Below, one piece after another: positions 7,526 to 16,641 of a stretch of 64,000 nt of DNA. The stretch's first letter is position 1; every line of letters starts with the position of its first letter. Position numbers and translations under genes: made by a program. The stretch lies in IMG/VR virus record IMGVR_UViG_3300020204_000008; one strand, given 5' to 3'. Source of the DNA: a virus. The notes below the pieces were generated by a model. It did not search any database. It had not been told where the DNA came from and saw only the letters and a program-made list of their open reading frames with translations.

Positions 7526-8134
7526 TTATTTTCCCAGTAACTTACCTAGAAACTTCTTTTTGGGTTTGGCTTGCTGTGCAGTGTCTTGAGCCAATGGAGC
7601 CAATTGTTGCGGAGCAGCGCTCTGTTGTATTTGGGTCACCGATTTAGTCGCCATCTTTTGAGGTGCCTTGCTCAGGTCGACAAACTTGGTCTGTGGAGTA
7701 ACATTCTTATTTTTCTTCTCTGCATCGTCATAGTAGTAAACCGCGCATAACGCATAGTTTTCTCCAAGCTCCTTGCCTCCAGTCTTTATGTGATGGATCA
7801 GTGTCTTAGTCACACCGTTACCTAAATGCTTGCGTTCAAAGCTACCTTTAATGACGTTTCCCTCCTTCTTTTGAGTAAAATGCTGTGCTGGTAACTGTGT
7901 CATGCCCTCACCAAAAAAGGTCAAGGCCAAGATCGGCTCGCTTGACGATCCGACATTGGGTAGACCCACGATCTCAAAATAAAACTTTGGATCAGACGAG
8001 TCGACATCAAACTCAGAAATGGGATGTTTAGGATCGATCTTTGTGTTGGGATAAGCCGATAATGTGATCACCAGTCCCGTTGTCTCTGCCTCATTGATGA
8101 ATTGCGTATAACTCTTTATGTATAAAGCTGCCAT
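7526..8134 (-). CDS. late protein with capsid-targeting-like N-terminus
   Basis: MAALYIKSYTQFINEAE; GATAAATA at 8155-8162. Confidence 0.7.
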   Translation of the reverse strand: MAALYIKSYTQFINEAETTGLVITLSAYPNTKIDPKHPISEFDVDSSDPKFYFEIVGLPNVGSSSEPILALTFFGEGMTQLPAQHFTQKKEGNVIKGSFERKHLGNGVTKTLIHHIKTGGKELGENYALCAVYYYDDAEKKNKNVTPQTKFVDLSKAPQKMATKSVTQIQQSAAPQQLAPLAQDTAQQAKPKKKFLGKLLGK

Positions 8135-8202
8135 CTGGAGTATTTCTTTATCGTTATTTATCAAATCTACAGAATAAATAAATAAATAAATAAAAAGGAT
8201 CC

Positions 8203-8400
8203 ATGGAAGGCACGTTCAGCGGAAAGTTAATTAAGACTAGTGACATACCTAAAAGAGAGGTTCAATATGGGCCCCTGCCTACCCCTAAGATCGAGGATCC
8301 GCTAGATAAGATAGCTAAAGCCACGATGGGTTCATTCCCTTACGAGGCGAGCGGAGCGGTCGAGTGGCGACCTGAAAACATCCAGTTCCTTGGAAGTTAA
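8203..8400 (+). CDS. hypothetical protein
   Basis: Preceded by (AAAT)n late-promoter-like tract. Confidence 0.55.
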   Translation: MEGTFSGKLIKTSDIPKREVQYGPLPTPKIEDPLDKIAKATMGSFPYEASGAVEWRPENIQFLGS

Positions 8401-8414
8401 AAATAAATCCAATT

Positions 8415-8777
8415 ATGCAAGACCTAATCAAAGAATACGAAGAATTCATCAATGAAGCCAAAACAACTGGTCTAGCGTTTGAGGAATTCGCAAAGGTTCG
8501 ACTCGCAGGAGCGACCAAGATCGCAGACACGGCAAAGGCTAAGGGTGGAGCTGCGATGTTAACGTATCAACACTTTGTTGTAAAACTTCCTTATTATAAG
8601 ATAGCAGCCTCTGGCAAGTGGGATGCGGGCTCCATGCAAAAGGAACTCACTAACCTAATTAAAGACCTTTCAGGCGGTGCCAAGAGACCCATCAAGATGG
8701 GCCAGACCGAGTTTCAAAGACTCGTCGGTAAGATCGAGGTGATTGGAGAATTACTGATCAGGCTCGGTGATAAATAA
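8415..8777 (+). CDS. late protein with capsid-targeting-like N-terminus
   Basis: MQDLIKEYEEFINEA. Confidence 0.75.
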   Translation: MQDLIKEYEEFINEAKTTGLAFEEFAKVRLAGATKIADTAKAKGGAAMLTYQHFVVKLPYYKIAASGKWDAGSMQKELTNLIKDLSGGAKRPIKMGQTEFQRLVGKIEVIGELLIRLGDK

Positions 8778-8791
8778 AAATAAAGAACGCT

Positions 8792-9190
8792 ATGTCTAAA
8801 CACAAATGCATAGAAAAATTTACCAGTTGGGTTCGTCTAAACGAGAGCGATGACCAAGAGAGGGAACTGATCGAAAGAGCAGACGGTCTAACGGCTGATT
8901 TTGAAGCAGATGCATCAAGGAGTCGACTTGAGACCAGCACGCTAATGATATGGTTCCACGGAATGATGGACCTGTATGATAACTCTGACCTAAAGGGACT
9001 TATCTTTATGAAGATGAAACCGATTTGGGCAAAATACTTTAAGCAGATCTATCCTTTGCTTAGCACGGACAACAAGGAACTTACTCGACACGATATCATG
9101 GAGATCAAACGCTATAAACAGCTTTCTACTGAAGAGTCTCACCATGAAAGAAGCGCAAACGACCTATTAAAAGACCTAGGATTACTCTAA
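8792..9190 (+). CDS. late protein with capsid-targeting-like N-terminus
   Basis: IEKFTSWVRLNES; late promoter at 8769. Confidence 0.7.
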   Translation: MSKHKCIEKFTSWVRLNESDDQERELIERADGLTADFEADASRSRLETSTLMIWFHGMMDLYDNSDLKGLIFMKMKPIWAKYFKQIYPLLSTDNKELTRHDIMEIKRYKQLSTEESHHERSANDLLKDLGLL

Positions 9191-9278
9191 ATCGTCTGCT
9201 ACCCTAGGCGATTTACGGTCAGCCCGAGCGACAGTTCGGGCTTGCTTGTCTTAGATAAATAATAAAAAATATTCAGTA

Positions 9279-9839
9279 TTGCAGAAGTTCGTCCCTAATT
9301 TTAAAGAATGGCAAAGACTTTTTGAGAATGAGTCAACTGATGACCTGGACACTAGGCTCGAGGACATGCGACGGCTTGCTGACCTTGGCATGATTGATAA
9401 ACGGGAACTTAGAAATTTTCTTAAAAGGGAGGGAGCCCCTGCACTAATTAAGTATGATCCTGCTCTCACCGAGATAACCCGATTACCCGAATATAGAGAA
9501 CTCCAAGAGAGGGGACTAGATATCGTCTCTTCCAGGACCCAGCTAATGAACGGTTCAATCATTTTCGGTCGACCTGGTTATCGACCGTATGACGGATACG
9601 CAATCGGGCTCTTTCCAGACATACAGAAGATAAGAAGAATGAAACCCAAAGGAATTCCGCTAGGTGTTAGAGCAAGAAAGTATGGTTCGATGGATTTTAC
9701 GATTAAAGACCTATCGGTCGATCCCGAAAATTTCTACCGTGTAGCGATGAGATGGGTGCTGGACCATATCGATCTCGATGATCCTTTTTTTCCAGTAAAA
9801 AACAAAACACGTAAGGGTTATTTTGACCAAGAATCCTGA
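9279..9839 (+). CDS. late protein with capsid-targeting-like N-terminus
   Basis: MQKFVPNFKEWQRLFENES; N-terminal module shared with 5653..6291. Confidence 0.7.
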   Translation: MQKFVPNFKEWQRLFENESTDDLDTRLEDMRRLADLGMIDKRELRNFLKREGAPALIKYDPALTEITRLPEYRELQERGLDIVSSRTQLMNGSIIFGRPGYRPYDGYAIGLFPDIQKIRRMKPKGIPLGVRARKYGSMDFTIKDLSVDPENFYRVAMRWVLDHIDLDDPFFPVKNKTRKGYFDQES

Positions 9840-10714
9840 TCCGATAAGACGTTACGAATTTCTCGATTGCTCTTCATTTTTACCTGCATTATACGAAGTG
9901 CCTTTACATAAACGAGCCTTGCCCATTCAGTAGTCTTTTCATGCCTGCGAGCGATGATTGAAAAGTGTTCTGGGTCTCCCCCATTTAATCCCATTTTTCT
10001 ACACACAACTTCTCGTTGGATAGGTGTCAGCTTAGATAGAGCAATCCTGACCGTCTCACTGATATCGGACTCATCAGTCAAGCTAGTGGTAGTGGCATCA
10101 GAGCTCAACCAATCGATTGGAGAGAGAATGTCTTCCGAAATAGAAGAGTCAATCGGTACACCCTTTGTCTCAACTTGGAGTATTCTTTGGATTTTATCTG
10201 CCTTTATCTCTTTCGTAGAGAACTGCGATATCCTTTCTTCAAGCTCCTCAGCTGTTCCTAGCCTTTCCTCTTCCTGAAGTATCTGTTCGTTGGCTTTACG
10301 AATCTTACTCAGATCCGTAAGAATATTTTGAGGAACCCTTACCGTTCGAGTGTCAGTATTTAAGTACACAAGTATCTCCTTTCGAATGTGCCATACTGCG
10401 AATGAGATAAACCTAAACCCTCGAGTCGGGTCAAACTGTCGAGCCGCATCACAGAGTCCAACGTTTCCCTGACAGATGAGGTCTTCTAGTGAGACCTCTG
10501 GATTGGTGTACTGTTTTGCGACTGATACCACAAATCTTAGGTTTGCTGAAATTAGCTTTTCGATGGCCGCCTGATCTCCCTGTTGAACTCTTTTTCCGAT
10601 CTCAAACTCTTCGTCTGGGCTCAACATAGGAAGGCTAGATACTTCAGTAAAATACCTTGAAATGTTTTCAGTTCGATTAGTTCTTCGATCTGCTTGAATC
10701 TTTAATTGTCTCAC
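9818..10714 (-). CDS. RNA polymerase sigma-70 family factor (RpoD/RpoS-like)
   Basis: ANLRFVVSVAKQY, DLICQGNVGL, FDPTRGFRFISFAVWHIR, RTVRVP. Confidence 0.92.
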   Translation of the reverse strand: MRQLKIQADRRTNRTENISRYFTEVSSLPMLSPDEEFEIGKRVQQGDQAAIEKLISANLRFVVSVAKQYTNPEVSLEDLICQGNVGLCDAARQFDPTRGFRFISFAVWHIRKEILVYLNTDTRTVRVPQNILTDLSKIRKANEQILQEEERLGTAEELEERISQFSTKEIKADKIQRILQVETKGVPIDSSISEDILSPIDWLSSDATTTSLTDESDISETVRIALSKLTPIQREVVCRKMGLNGGDPEHFSIIARRHEKTTEWARLVYVKALRIMQVKMKSNREIRNVLSDQDSWSK

Positions 10715-10806
10715 GATTTTTAATTAAAATGTTAAATACTAAATGTTGATAGTTTGATTAAAGAACTAAAAAAAAGTTAATAGTTTAAATAAATTAAAAT
10801 AAAAAT

Positions 10807-11154
10807 ATGAAATTTACTGACACTGAGCGCTTGGATTTTCTTGAAAAATGGGACACGAGCTCACATCAAAACACATGGTTTACCCTACTCACGCAACACG
10901 TAAAAAAGCAAGATTGCCCGACCTTGAGAAGCTTTTGCGACCATGCCATCGAGTTCGAAGGGATGATTGATGCCAATGGACTAGATATCATGGCATGGCA
11001 CTACTTGCCGCCGCACCTACAGGAAAAGGTCACCGGTATTTGGGAAAGGGACGCTAGACCCATGACTGAGGAAGAAAAAGAGTCACTAGTAGATGAATCT
11101 GCCAAGTATTGGCAAGAATTACATCAAACTGAATCACAAGACCAAGATAAATAA
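10807..11154 (+). CDS. hypothetical protein
   Basis: ORF track; ends DK*. Confidence 0.7.
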   Translation: MKFTDTERLDFLEKWDTSSHQNTWFTLLTQHVKKQDCPTLRSFCDHAIEFEGMIDANGLDIMAWHYLPPHLQEKVTGIWERDARPMTEEEKESLVDESAKYWQELHQTESQDQDK

Positions 11155-11175
11155 TAAAAATAATAGCACATCACT

Positions 11176-13389
11176 ATGAGCCATATCATTCAGAAATTTG
11201 GAGATTGGAAAAGAATAAACGAGGACGACAAGACTCCAGGAAGAGAAAGACAAAAGGGGAAACAAGGAAACAAGATCGTCTATATCCCAGTCGACCGAAA
11301 GACACTAAAATTAAAGATAGTTAATGAGACTGACATCATCGATGCTGAGGGATACCTACGAGTAACATCAGAAGGCGTACATGCGTTCGATGAATTGTTG
11401 AGACTTATTAAGGGTCAGTTTGAGATCATAGATTATTACGGTAAAAATGGTGGAGGTCTAAACGACTTAGTCAATAACATTGTCATATACGACGTAGATG
11501 TCGATCGCGGATCGAGAAAACAGGTGATCACGTTTAGAATCGAGAGCAAGACTGACCTGACTGCGGGCGATACGAGTAAAAAGATCAATTCAAGCGTTAG
11601 ATACGTCAGATCAGACCAGTTGAGAAAAGCCATAGACGGTGCACTAATTAATGTTGATAAGAAGAATCCAATCACATCAGATCAAAACTTTAAGTCTAAG
11701 TTTAAGTTACCTTTTTCAGCGGCAAACATCATCGGATCGACTGAATTGAATCTGATTCAATTTTTAGTAGATGCGTATAACACTATTAAAAAGGATACTA
11801 AAGCACAATCATCTAAGATCATGCCTAGATTAAAAGCAGAGCTTCAAGCTAAGAAACTCGGAGTGGCTTCAAAGCTATTCATTAAAGCTATGAATGCTGC
11901 GTTAATCATTAAGGATTCAGTAGGATTAAAAGATGCTACGTTTGGTGAAGACATCGAAGAAGACATAACTCAAACCCTATACGATTTTATCATGAATGCT
12001 AGAAAGGCTCTAGGCGAAGCGAATAGTTTATATTTAGGACTGGACGGCGACCAGATATTCGAAGCCGAGTCTGATCAAATAAGAGGATTTGATACTGATG
12101 CTTTCATATCAGTCGCGAATACTATCGTTCCAGAAACAGGTGATATCAAGGTTCCAGACAATGGATTTACGGTCGGCATGAAAGCAAATGCTGAGCTTGC
12201 AAAATTCCAGAAGCTTCTCTATACTAAGTTTAAGACAGTTTTAAAAGGGGTCTCTGCGTATGTAAATTTTGCCGCAAAAACTGGTGACGGTAAAGCCGGA
12301 AATCCAGTAGGAGACTATGGTAAAACAACTGCTGCTTTAATCCAATTGATAAAAGAAGGCTTAGATAAACCAGTATGGCAAGAAGCAGATGGCAGTCGAG
12401 GTGATGGAAATACGATAACTGTCAACTTCGTTAAAAGAATCCAAGATGAGATTTCACAAGGAAAAATCAAAGAATCTAGTGAACCTATGATTTATCTTGG
12501 ACTTGACGGCAAGTCAGTGATTGTTAGTGAAGACTTTGGTGTACCTGCAACTGCTGCCAGGACTAGCAGCCAACCTCAACAAAAACCTCAACAAAAAAGT
12601 CAACAAAAAAGTCAAACCGGCAGTGCGAACGTTTCTAGCTCAAACTCACTTGAATTGCCAAATGATCCAAGCCCAACATGGAGATATAAAGTAATAAACC
12701 ATGTTTGGAACGGAATCGATACTGCAGTCAAAACTGATACTTGGGGAACTATAATAAATCCTAAATATGTTAAGTTATTAATTCAACAGCTTACACCTAG
12801 GGTAAATGATGGATATTACATTAACGTTTCAAAAAATTCAGCTGGAAAATGGTCCCGTCAAGATAATAAGATTTATTCTTATCAAAATGGAAAATGGAGA
12901 GTCCAAGCAAATAATGAATGGTATGAGGTTACTGCAGGTGCAGCTCTAAATAATTTAATTGCAGCGTATGGCAGTAATCCAACTAATGCGGCATCGACTG
13001 GTACTTCATTAAAAGCTGAAAATAAGAGAATTATGGATTTAGTGTATGCCTACGGTGCAGGTAAATCATATGTTGATACTAAAGGGGCAGTCGGTTCTAG
13101 AATAATACAGTTTCATTTTAAACCGAGTAAGTATAGTGCAGCATGGAACGATTGGTGGAACATCACTTTTTATGAAAACGGTGACGGTCAATCGAGAAAG
13201 AGCACGTTTAGTATTTATGATAATTATAACAATAAGGTGATATTCCGTGGATATTTAGAAGATTTTTCAAACGGTAAGTTTAAAATAAGAACAACGTCTG
13301 GTTCTGTTCTCGGAACATTTAATGATACTTTAGAAAATCTTTTAAAAAGGTTGTGTTATGCTGGGGATGATATCTTTTGGTACAGGTAA
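11176..13389 (+). CDS. large multi-domain putative virion internal protein
   Basis: MSHIIQKFGDWKRINED; two internal YLGLDG..E repeats; Q/S-rich linker. Confidence 0.75.
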   Translation: MSHIIQKFGDWKRINEDDKTPGRERQKGKQGNKIVYIPVDRKTLKLKIVNETDIIDAEGYLRVTSEGVHAFDELLRLIKGQFEIIDYYGKNGGGLNDLVNNIVIYDVDVDRGSRKQVITFRIESKTDLTAGDTSKKINSSVRYVRSDQLRKAIDGALINVDKKNPITSDQNFKSKFKLPFSAANIIGSTELNLIQFLVDAYNTIKKDTKAQSSKIMPRLKAELQAKKLGVASKLFIKAMNAALIIKDSVGLKDATFGEDIEEDITQTLYDFIMNARKALGEANSLYLGLDGDQIFEAESDQIRGFDTDAFISVANTIVPETGDIKVPDNGFTVGMKANAELAKFQKLLYTKFKTVLKGVSAYVNFAAKTGDGKAGNPVGDYGKTTAALIQLIKEGLDKPVWQEADGSRGDGNTITVNFVKRIQDEISQGKIKESSEPMIYLGLDGKSVIVSEDFGVPATAARTSSQPQQKPQQKSQQKSQTGSANVSSSNSLELPNDPSPTWRYKVINHVWNGIDTAVKTDTWGTIINPKYVKLLIQQLTPRVNDGYYINVSKNSAGKWSRQDNKIYSYQNGKWRVQANNEWYEVTAGAALNNLIAAYGSNPTNAASTGTSLKAENKRIMDLVYAYGAGKSYVDTKGAVGSRIIQFHFKPSKYSAAWNDWWNITFYENGDGQSRKSTFSIYDNYNNKVIFRGYLEDFSNGKFKIRTTSGSVLGTFNDTLENLLKRLCYAGDDIFWYR
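12570..12615 (+). repeat. 12-bp tandem repeat encoding QPQQKPQQKSQQKSQ
   Basis: caacctcaacaaaaacctcaacaaaaaagtcaacaaaaaagtcaa. Confidence 0.7.
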
Positions 13390-13391
13390 CA

Positions 13392-13751
13392 ATGAAATAT
13401 CGAGCTAAAACATATTGTCAATTTATCAATGAGGCATACATCGACTCATCTGGTGAGCTTCAGGATTTCGAAGCACCTGGTGAAGATGACTATGAATTTC
13501 AGCTATTGGATCACGCACAGCGTATCCAGGAATACCTAGAAGAGTCGGGTGCGGATCGAGTACGACTAATGGTTGATGGAGGAGTGATCAGATTAAAGTT
13601 CGAGTACCAGGGTTCACTCTACATAATGGAACTAGACATTGATAATGATGTCGCGACTGTGAGACTAGATCAGATCATAATCTATGAGGACTCTGTCGAT
13701 TCGATATTTGACTTATTGGCCTCTACTGGTCTAGAATTTTTAATGTTTTAA
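13392..13751 (+). CDS. acidic protein with capsid-targeting-like N-terminus
   Basis: MKYRAKTYCQFINEA (start reassigned). Confidence 0.7.
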   Translation: MKYRAKTYCQFINEAYIDSSGELQDFEAPGEDDYEFQLLDHAQRIQEYLEESGADRVRLMVDGGVIRLKFEYQGSLYIMELDIDNDVATVRLDQIIIYEDSVDSIFDLLASTGLEFLMF

Positions 13752-14644
13752 TGAATCTACTTGATTTTAAATATTGGATCACACTAAACGAGTCTCAAAA
13801 GGGCTACTATACTTTTGAGATACCTAAACGTGAGCTTACTGAGATCGATGATGCATACGATCAGGAGCTTAGAGAGATATTAAAGGGTCTGCCTGATGCG
13901 ATGTACGATATTTCTGAGGGCAGAGGGCAATTCACACTCACTCTGCATGGAAGCCAAGACGAAATACTTTCTTCAGTTTATGGAGAATCCCAGGAGGTTG
14001 TCATCAAATTGGCACACCCAGCAAGTTCAAATAGCTATTCTGGTCCTTTTAAAAAGATCTCATATCCCGAACTCGTCAAACAGTTAAGGGGTTCAGTCTA
14101 TCCGAATAAATTCACTGAGGGCGATGACTCAGCTCAAATCAGATATTCTTTACAATTAAACACTGACCTGGATATGTTATTAAACATTACTGCTCGAAAG
14201 ACTGCCGTTACCTTTTCAGCACACAATCACCAGTTTATCAGACCCGAAGCTTCCGCATTCTTTGAGTTAGTATACAATTCAGATGAGTCGAAAATAGCTG
14301 CTCTTACCAAGCAACTCAATGAATACTTAAGATATTTTGCAGTAAAATCAGCGTTACCTAAATACCTGGTCTCCGAAAGCACTCCGAACCTGGAAGAGAT
14401 CGAATCTAGCGTCAAAAAGAGAATGCAAGGGATCACGTCGATCGATTTCAACACGGCATCACCAGAAGAAAAGGAGAAGGGACTTCAAGAGGTGCTCTCT
14501 TTTCAGAGGGAACTCTTATCTACGTCATCAAAGAGTGATATTGAGGCTCCGATCATGACTGATGCCATGATAGAAAACTTTAGAATCCTACTAAAGGAGC
14601 TTGGCGGGGTCAAGGAGATTAAATCTGCCCTATCTACTAAATAG
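13751..14644 (+). CDS. protein with capsid-targeting-like N-terminus
   Basis: MNLLDFKYWITLNES; TAATG coupling. Confidence 0.7.
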   Translation: MNLLDFKYWITLNESQKGYYTFEIPKRELTEIDDAYDQELREILKGLPDAMYDISEGRGQFTLTLHGSQDEILSSVYGESQEVVIKLAHPASSNSYSGPFKKISYPELVKQLRGSVYPNKFTEGDDSAQIRYSLQLNTDLDMLLNITARKTAVTFSAHNHQFIRPEASAFFELVYNSDESKIAALTKQLNEYLRYFAVKSALPKYLVSESTPNLEEIESSVKKRMQGITSIDFNTASPEEKEKGLQEVLSFQRELLSTSSKSDIEAPIMTDAMIENFRILLKELGGVKEIKSALSTK

Positions 14645-14860
14645 ACCCAACAGCTTTCTTAAAAAAGAAAGGGGAATATCTGACTTGATCTTTAGACACA
14701 GCTTTTCATTATACGTCTCGCCATCTGTTGAAACGATATAGGGAGTTATGACTTTTACCTCGTGTTTAAGGTCGTACGTCACCTTTTCAAAGGAACTGGC
14801 AACCACTCCTTTAACCACACCCGACTTGCCATAGAATATGAAGCGTTCTCCCTTCACCAT
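14630..14860 (-). CDS. hypothetical protein
   Basis: ORF track. Confidence 0.55.
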   Translation of the reverse strand: MVKGERFIFYGKSGVVKGVVASSFEKVTYDLKHEVKVITPYIVSTDGETYNEKLCLKIKSDIPLSFLRKLLGLFSR

Positions 14861-14876
14861 CGGTGTGAATTATTTT

Positions 14877-14903
14877 AAAAAAGGGAGTGATTACTCCCTT
14901 TTT
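14877..14903. terminator. bidirectional intrinsic terminator after endolysin
   Basis: AAAAAAGGGAGT-GATT-ACTCCCTTTTT. Confidence 0.8.
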
Positions 14904-14905
14904 AT

Positions 14906-15634
14906 TTATCCAAGTAATCCGCGATAGATTCTAAACTTCGCTAGACGATCTGCCAATCCATTGGTTCCGCCGTTCACTCTTCGAGAGACCTTAGTCACGA
15001 CAGAATCAGTAGCTCCCTGATCACAGATAGCCCATAGGTTATTACGATTAAAGAAGAAAGCGGCCGATGCCAATGGGTACTTGTTTGCGACTAGATCCGG
15101 TTGAGCGACACAGTCCTCTCCGATAAATTGTGAAAAGACTCCATAATTGGATCTTCCAGTCAACTGGATGTATCCTCTACCCTTGAATCGAACGCCGTCT
15201 CCGGTTTGTGTGTTACCCAAGTCTCGACGACCCTCATATGCCTGACCAGAAGCGATCTCCGTCTTGTATCTCCAGTCACCAGACTCGTGAGCGCACTGTG
15301 CAAGAAAGTGAGCGAGTCTCAAGTTATTGGTGATGCCGAACTTGGTGGCAATCTGGGCCAGTTCAGTCAAGACACCAGCCGGAACTCGGCCAGTTAATCG
15401 ATCTAGAGACAGCCCTGCGACTTGTGTCACAGCATCAGTGATCTGACTGTTTACACCAAACATCTTGGCCCAAGTTGCAGGCCCAACTACACCGTCTGCC
15501 GTTAATCCGTTTTGAGTCTGCCATTCCTTGACCTTGGTTTCAGTTACTGGACCAAACGATCCGTCTTGGGTAAGTCCAAGCTTGTCTTGTAGTTTCTTTA
15601 CGTCCTCTCCAGAGGACCCTTTCTTAAGTAGCAT
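14906..15634 (-). CDS. endolysin: peptidoglycan-binding domain + GH19 lysozyme/chitinase domain
   Basis: DGSFGPVT/ADGVVGPATW; LAHFLAQCAHES, FKGRGYIQLTGRSNY, VNGGTNGLADR. Confidence 0.92.
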   Translation of the reverse strand: MLLKKGSSGEDVKKLQDKLGLTQDGSFGPVTETKVKEWQTQNGLTADGVVGPATWAKMFGVNSQITDAVTQVAGLSLDRLTGRVPAGVLTELAQIATKFGITNNLRLAHFLAQCAHESGDWRYKTEIASGQAYEGRRDLGNTQTGDGVRFKGRGYIQLTGRSNYGVFSQFIGEDCVAQPDLVANKYPLASAAFFFNRNNLWAICDQGATDSVVTKVSRRVNGGTNGLADRLAKFRIYRGLLG

Positions 15635-15651
15635 AAGTAATTAAGTTATTT

Positions 15652-15948
15652 TTATTTGAGATCATCAGGGGCTCTCTTCTTTTCCCGTTGAATGTGGGTA
15701 AGTATGTATCCAGATACTGCGAACTCGATACCAACCCAAATTGCAAGGTCAGATGAAGTCATTAGACTATGCTTTTCTAGAAGAAAAAATATCATTCCCC
15801 ATTGAGCGATGATAAAAGCGATTCCAGATTCGATCCTTTTCTTTGAAAAGAAAGAGGGCCTAGTGCTGTAGATTTTTATTACTTCCTTGATTAAGAACTG
15901 GATATTAGTCCAACCAAAGAAGTATCTTTTTGATTTGTTGAGTGCCAT
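15652..15948 (-). CDS. putative holin (2 TM)
   Basis: Start reassigned to MALNKSK; two hydrophobic segments; immediately upstream of endolysin. Confidence 0.5.
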   Translation of the reverse strand: MALNKSKRYFFGWTNIQFLIKEVIKIYSTRPSFFSKKRIESGIAFIIAQWGMIFFLLEKHSLMTSSDLAIWVGIEFAVSGYILTHIQREKKRAPDDLK

Positions 15949-15995
15949 CTCATTTTGGTTATTTTTATTATTTATTTGAGATTGAAAAATTAAAG

Positions 15996-16068
15996 AGGTC
16001 GAGAAGAGAATCGAACTCTCATGCACGATTTTTTGCAGATTGTTGATATACTTATTAGGCAATCTACC
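15996..16068 (-). pseudogene. degenerate tRNA-Cys(GCA)
   Basis: T-arm GAGAG-TTCGATT-CTCTT, CTGCAAA loop, U discriminator; acceptor and D arms mismatched. Confidence 0.5.
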
Positions 16069-16158
16069 TTCGTGTAGGAGATTCAGTAATCTCAATAGAA
16101 AGATCAATCCCATTCAATAATCTTGGATTTTTTACTTGTAGACCATTTTGTTTTTATT

Positions 16159-16212
16159 TATGGCTCATTTAGCTGTTAATCTGATCCACAAGATGCTTTT
16201 AAATGAGCCATA
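16159..16212. repeat. 13-bp perfect inverted repeat with 28-nt loop
   Basis: TATGGCTCATTTA ... TAAATGAGCCATA. Confidence 0.8.
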
Positions 16213-16218
16213 TTTTAG

Positions 16219-16291
16219 TCTAAGTGAGAAAGTTTGAACTGATATCTCTCGCCTTATGAGGGCGGCACTCTACCAACTGAGTTAAAGATCT
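16219..16291 (-). pseudogene. degenerate tRNA with CAT anticodon (Met/Ile2)
   Basis: D arm ACTC-AGTTGGTA-GAGT and CCGCC-CTCATAA-GGCGA intact; T and acceptor stems broken. Confidence 0.55.
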
Positions 16292-16294
16292 ATT

Positions 16295-16388
16295 AAACGT
16301 GCTCTTAAGCATTCTACTCCCAGCTCCGAGGAATCGTATATAACTTAGCCCATCTCACCGCTGTGTGGGAACTGAAGTTTACACGTTT
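16295..16388 (-). ncRNA. candidate structured RNA immediately 3' of tRNA-like element
   Basis: Closing stem AAACGTG/CACGTTT enclosing two hairpins. Confidence 0.45.
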
Positions 16389-16389
16389 G

Positions 16390-16475
16390 CAGTCAGGACA
16401 GGATTCGAACCTGCGACCTCTGAAAATCCTGATTGGTTACAGCATATCATGCTCTGGCCTCTGAGCTACCTGACT
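16390..16475 (-). tRNA. tRNA-like RNA, AGTCAGG acceptor, irregular anticodon arm (possibly Tyr GTA)
   Basis: AGTCAGG/CCTGACT; D arm GCTC/GAGC; T arm GCAGG-TTCGAAT-CCTGT; CTGTAAC loop on a bulged stem. Confidence 0.6.
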
Positions 16476-16578
16476 ATGGTGGCGGAGATTTGCGCTCAAC
16501 ACATGATCACCCATGCGCGTCGTTTCTTTTGTTTCCGGTACTCCGCCGTCGTAAGTTCCTCTTATCTTACACCACCAT
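16476..16578 (-). ncRNA. candidate structured RNA between the two tRNA-like elements
   Basis: ATGGT/ACCAT, GGCGGAG/CTCCGCC and GTAAG/CTTAC stems. Confidence 0.4.
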
Positions 16579-16641
16579 TCGCGAGACATCCCGAATTCTC
16601 CAATGGCCTTTACTCTACTACCAGGAATCAAGTAAACGGTG

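Noticed and set aside
8173-8195. (AAAT)n microsatellite as a phase-variation switch
   Set aside because: Intergenic and explained by overlapping late-promoter-like octamers.
16295-16388. Theta/HDV-like or hammerhead ribozyme call
   Set aside because: Could not fit P1/P3/P1.1 pairing or a CTGATGA/GAAA core; kept only as an unclassified structured RNA.
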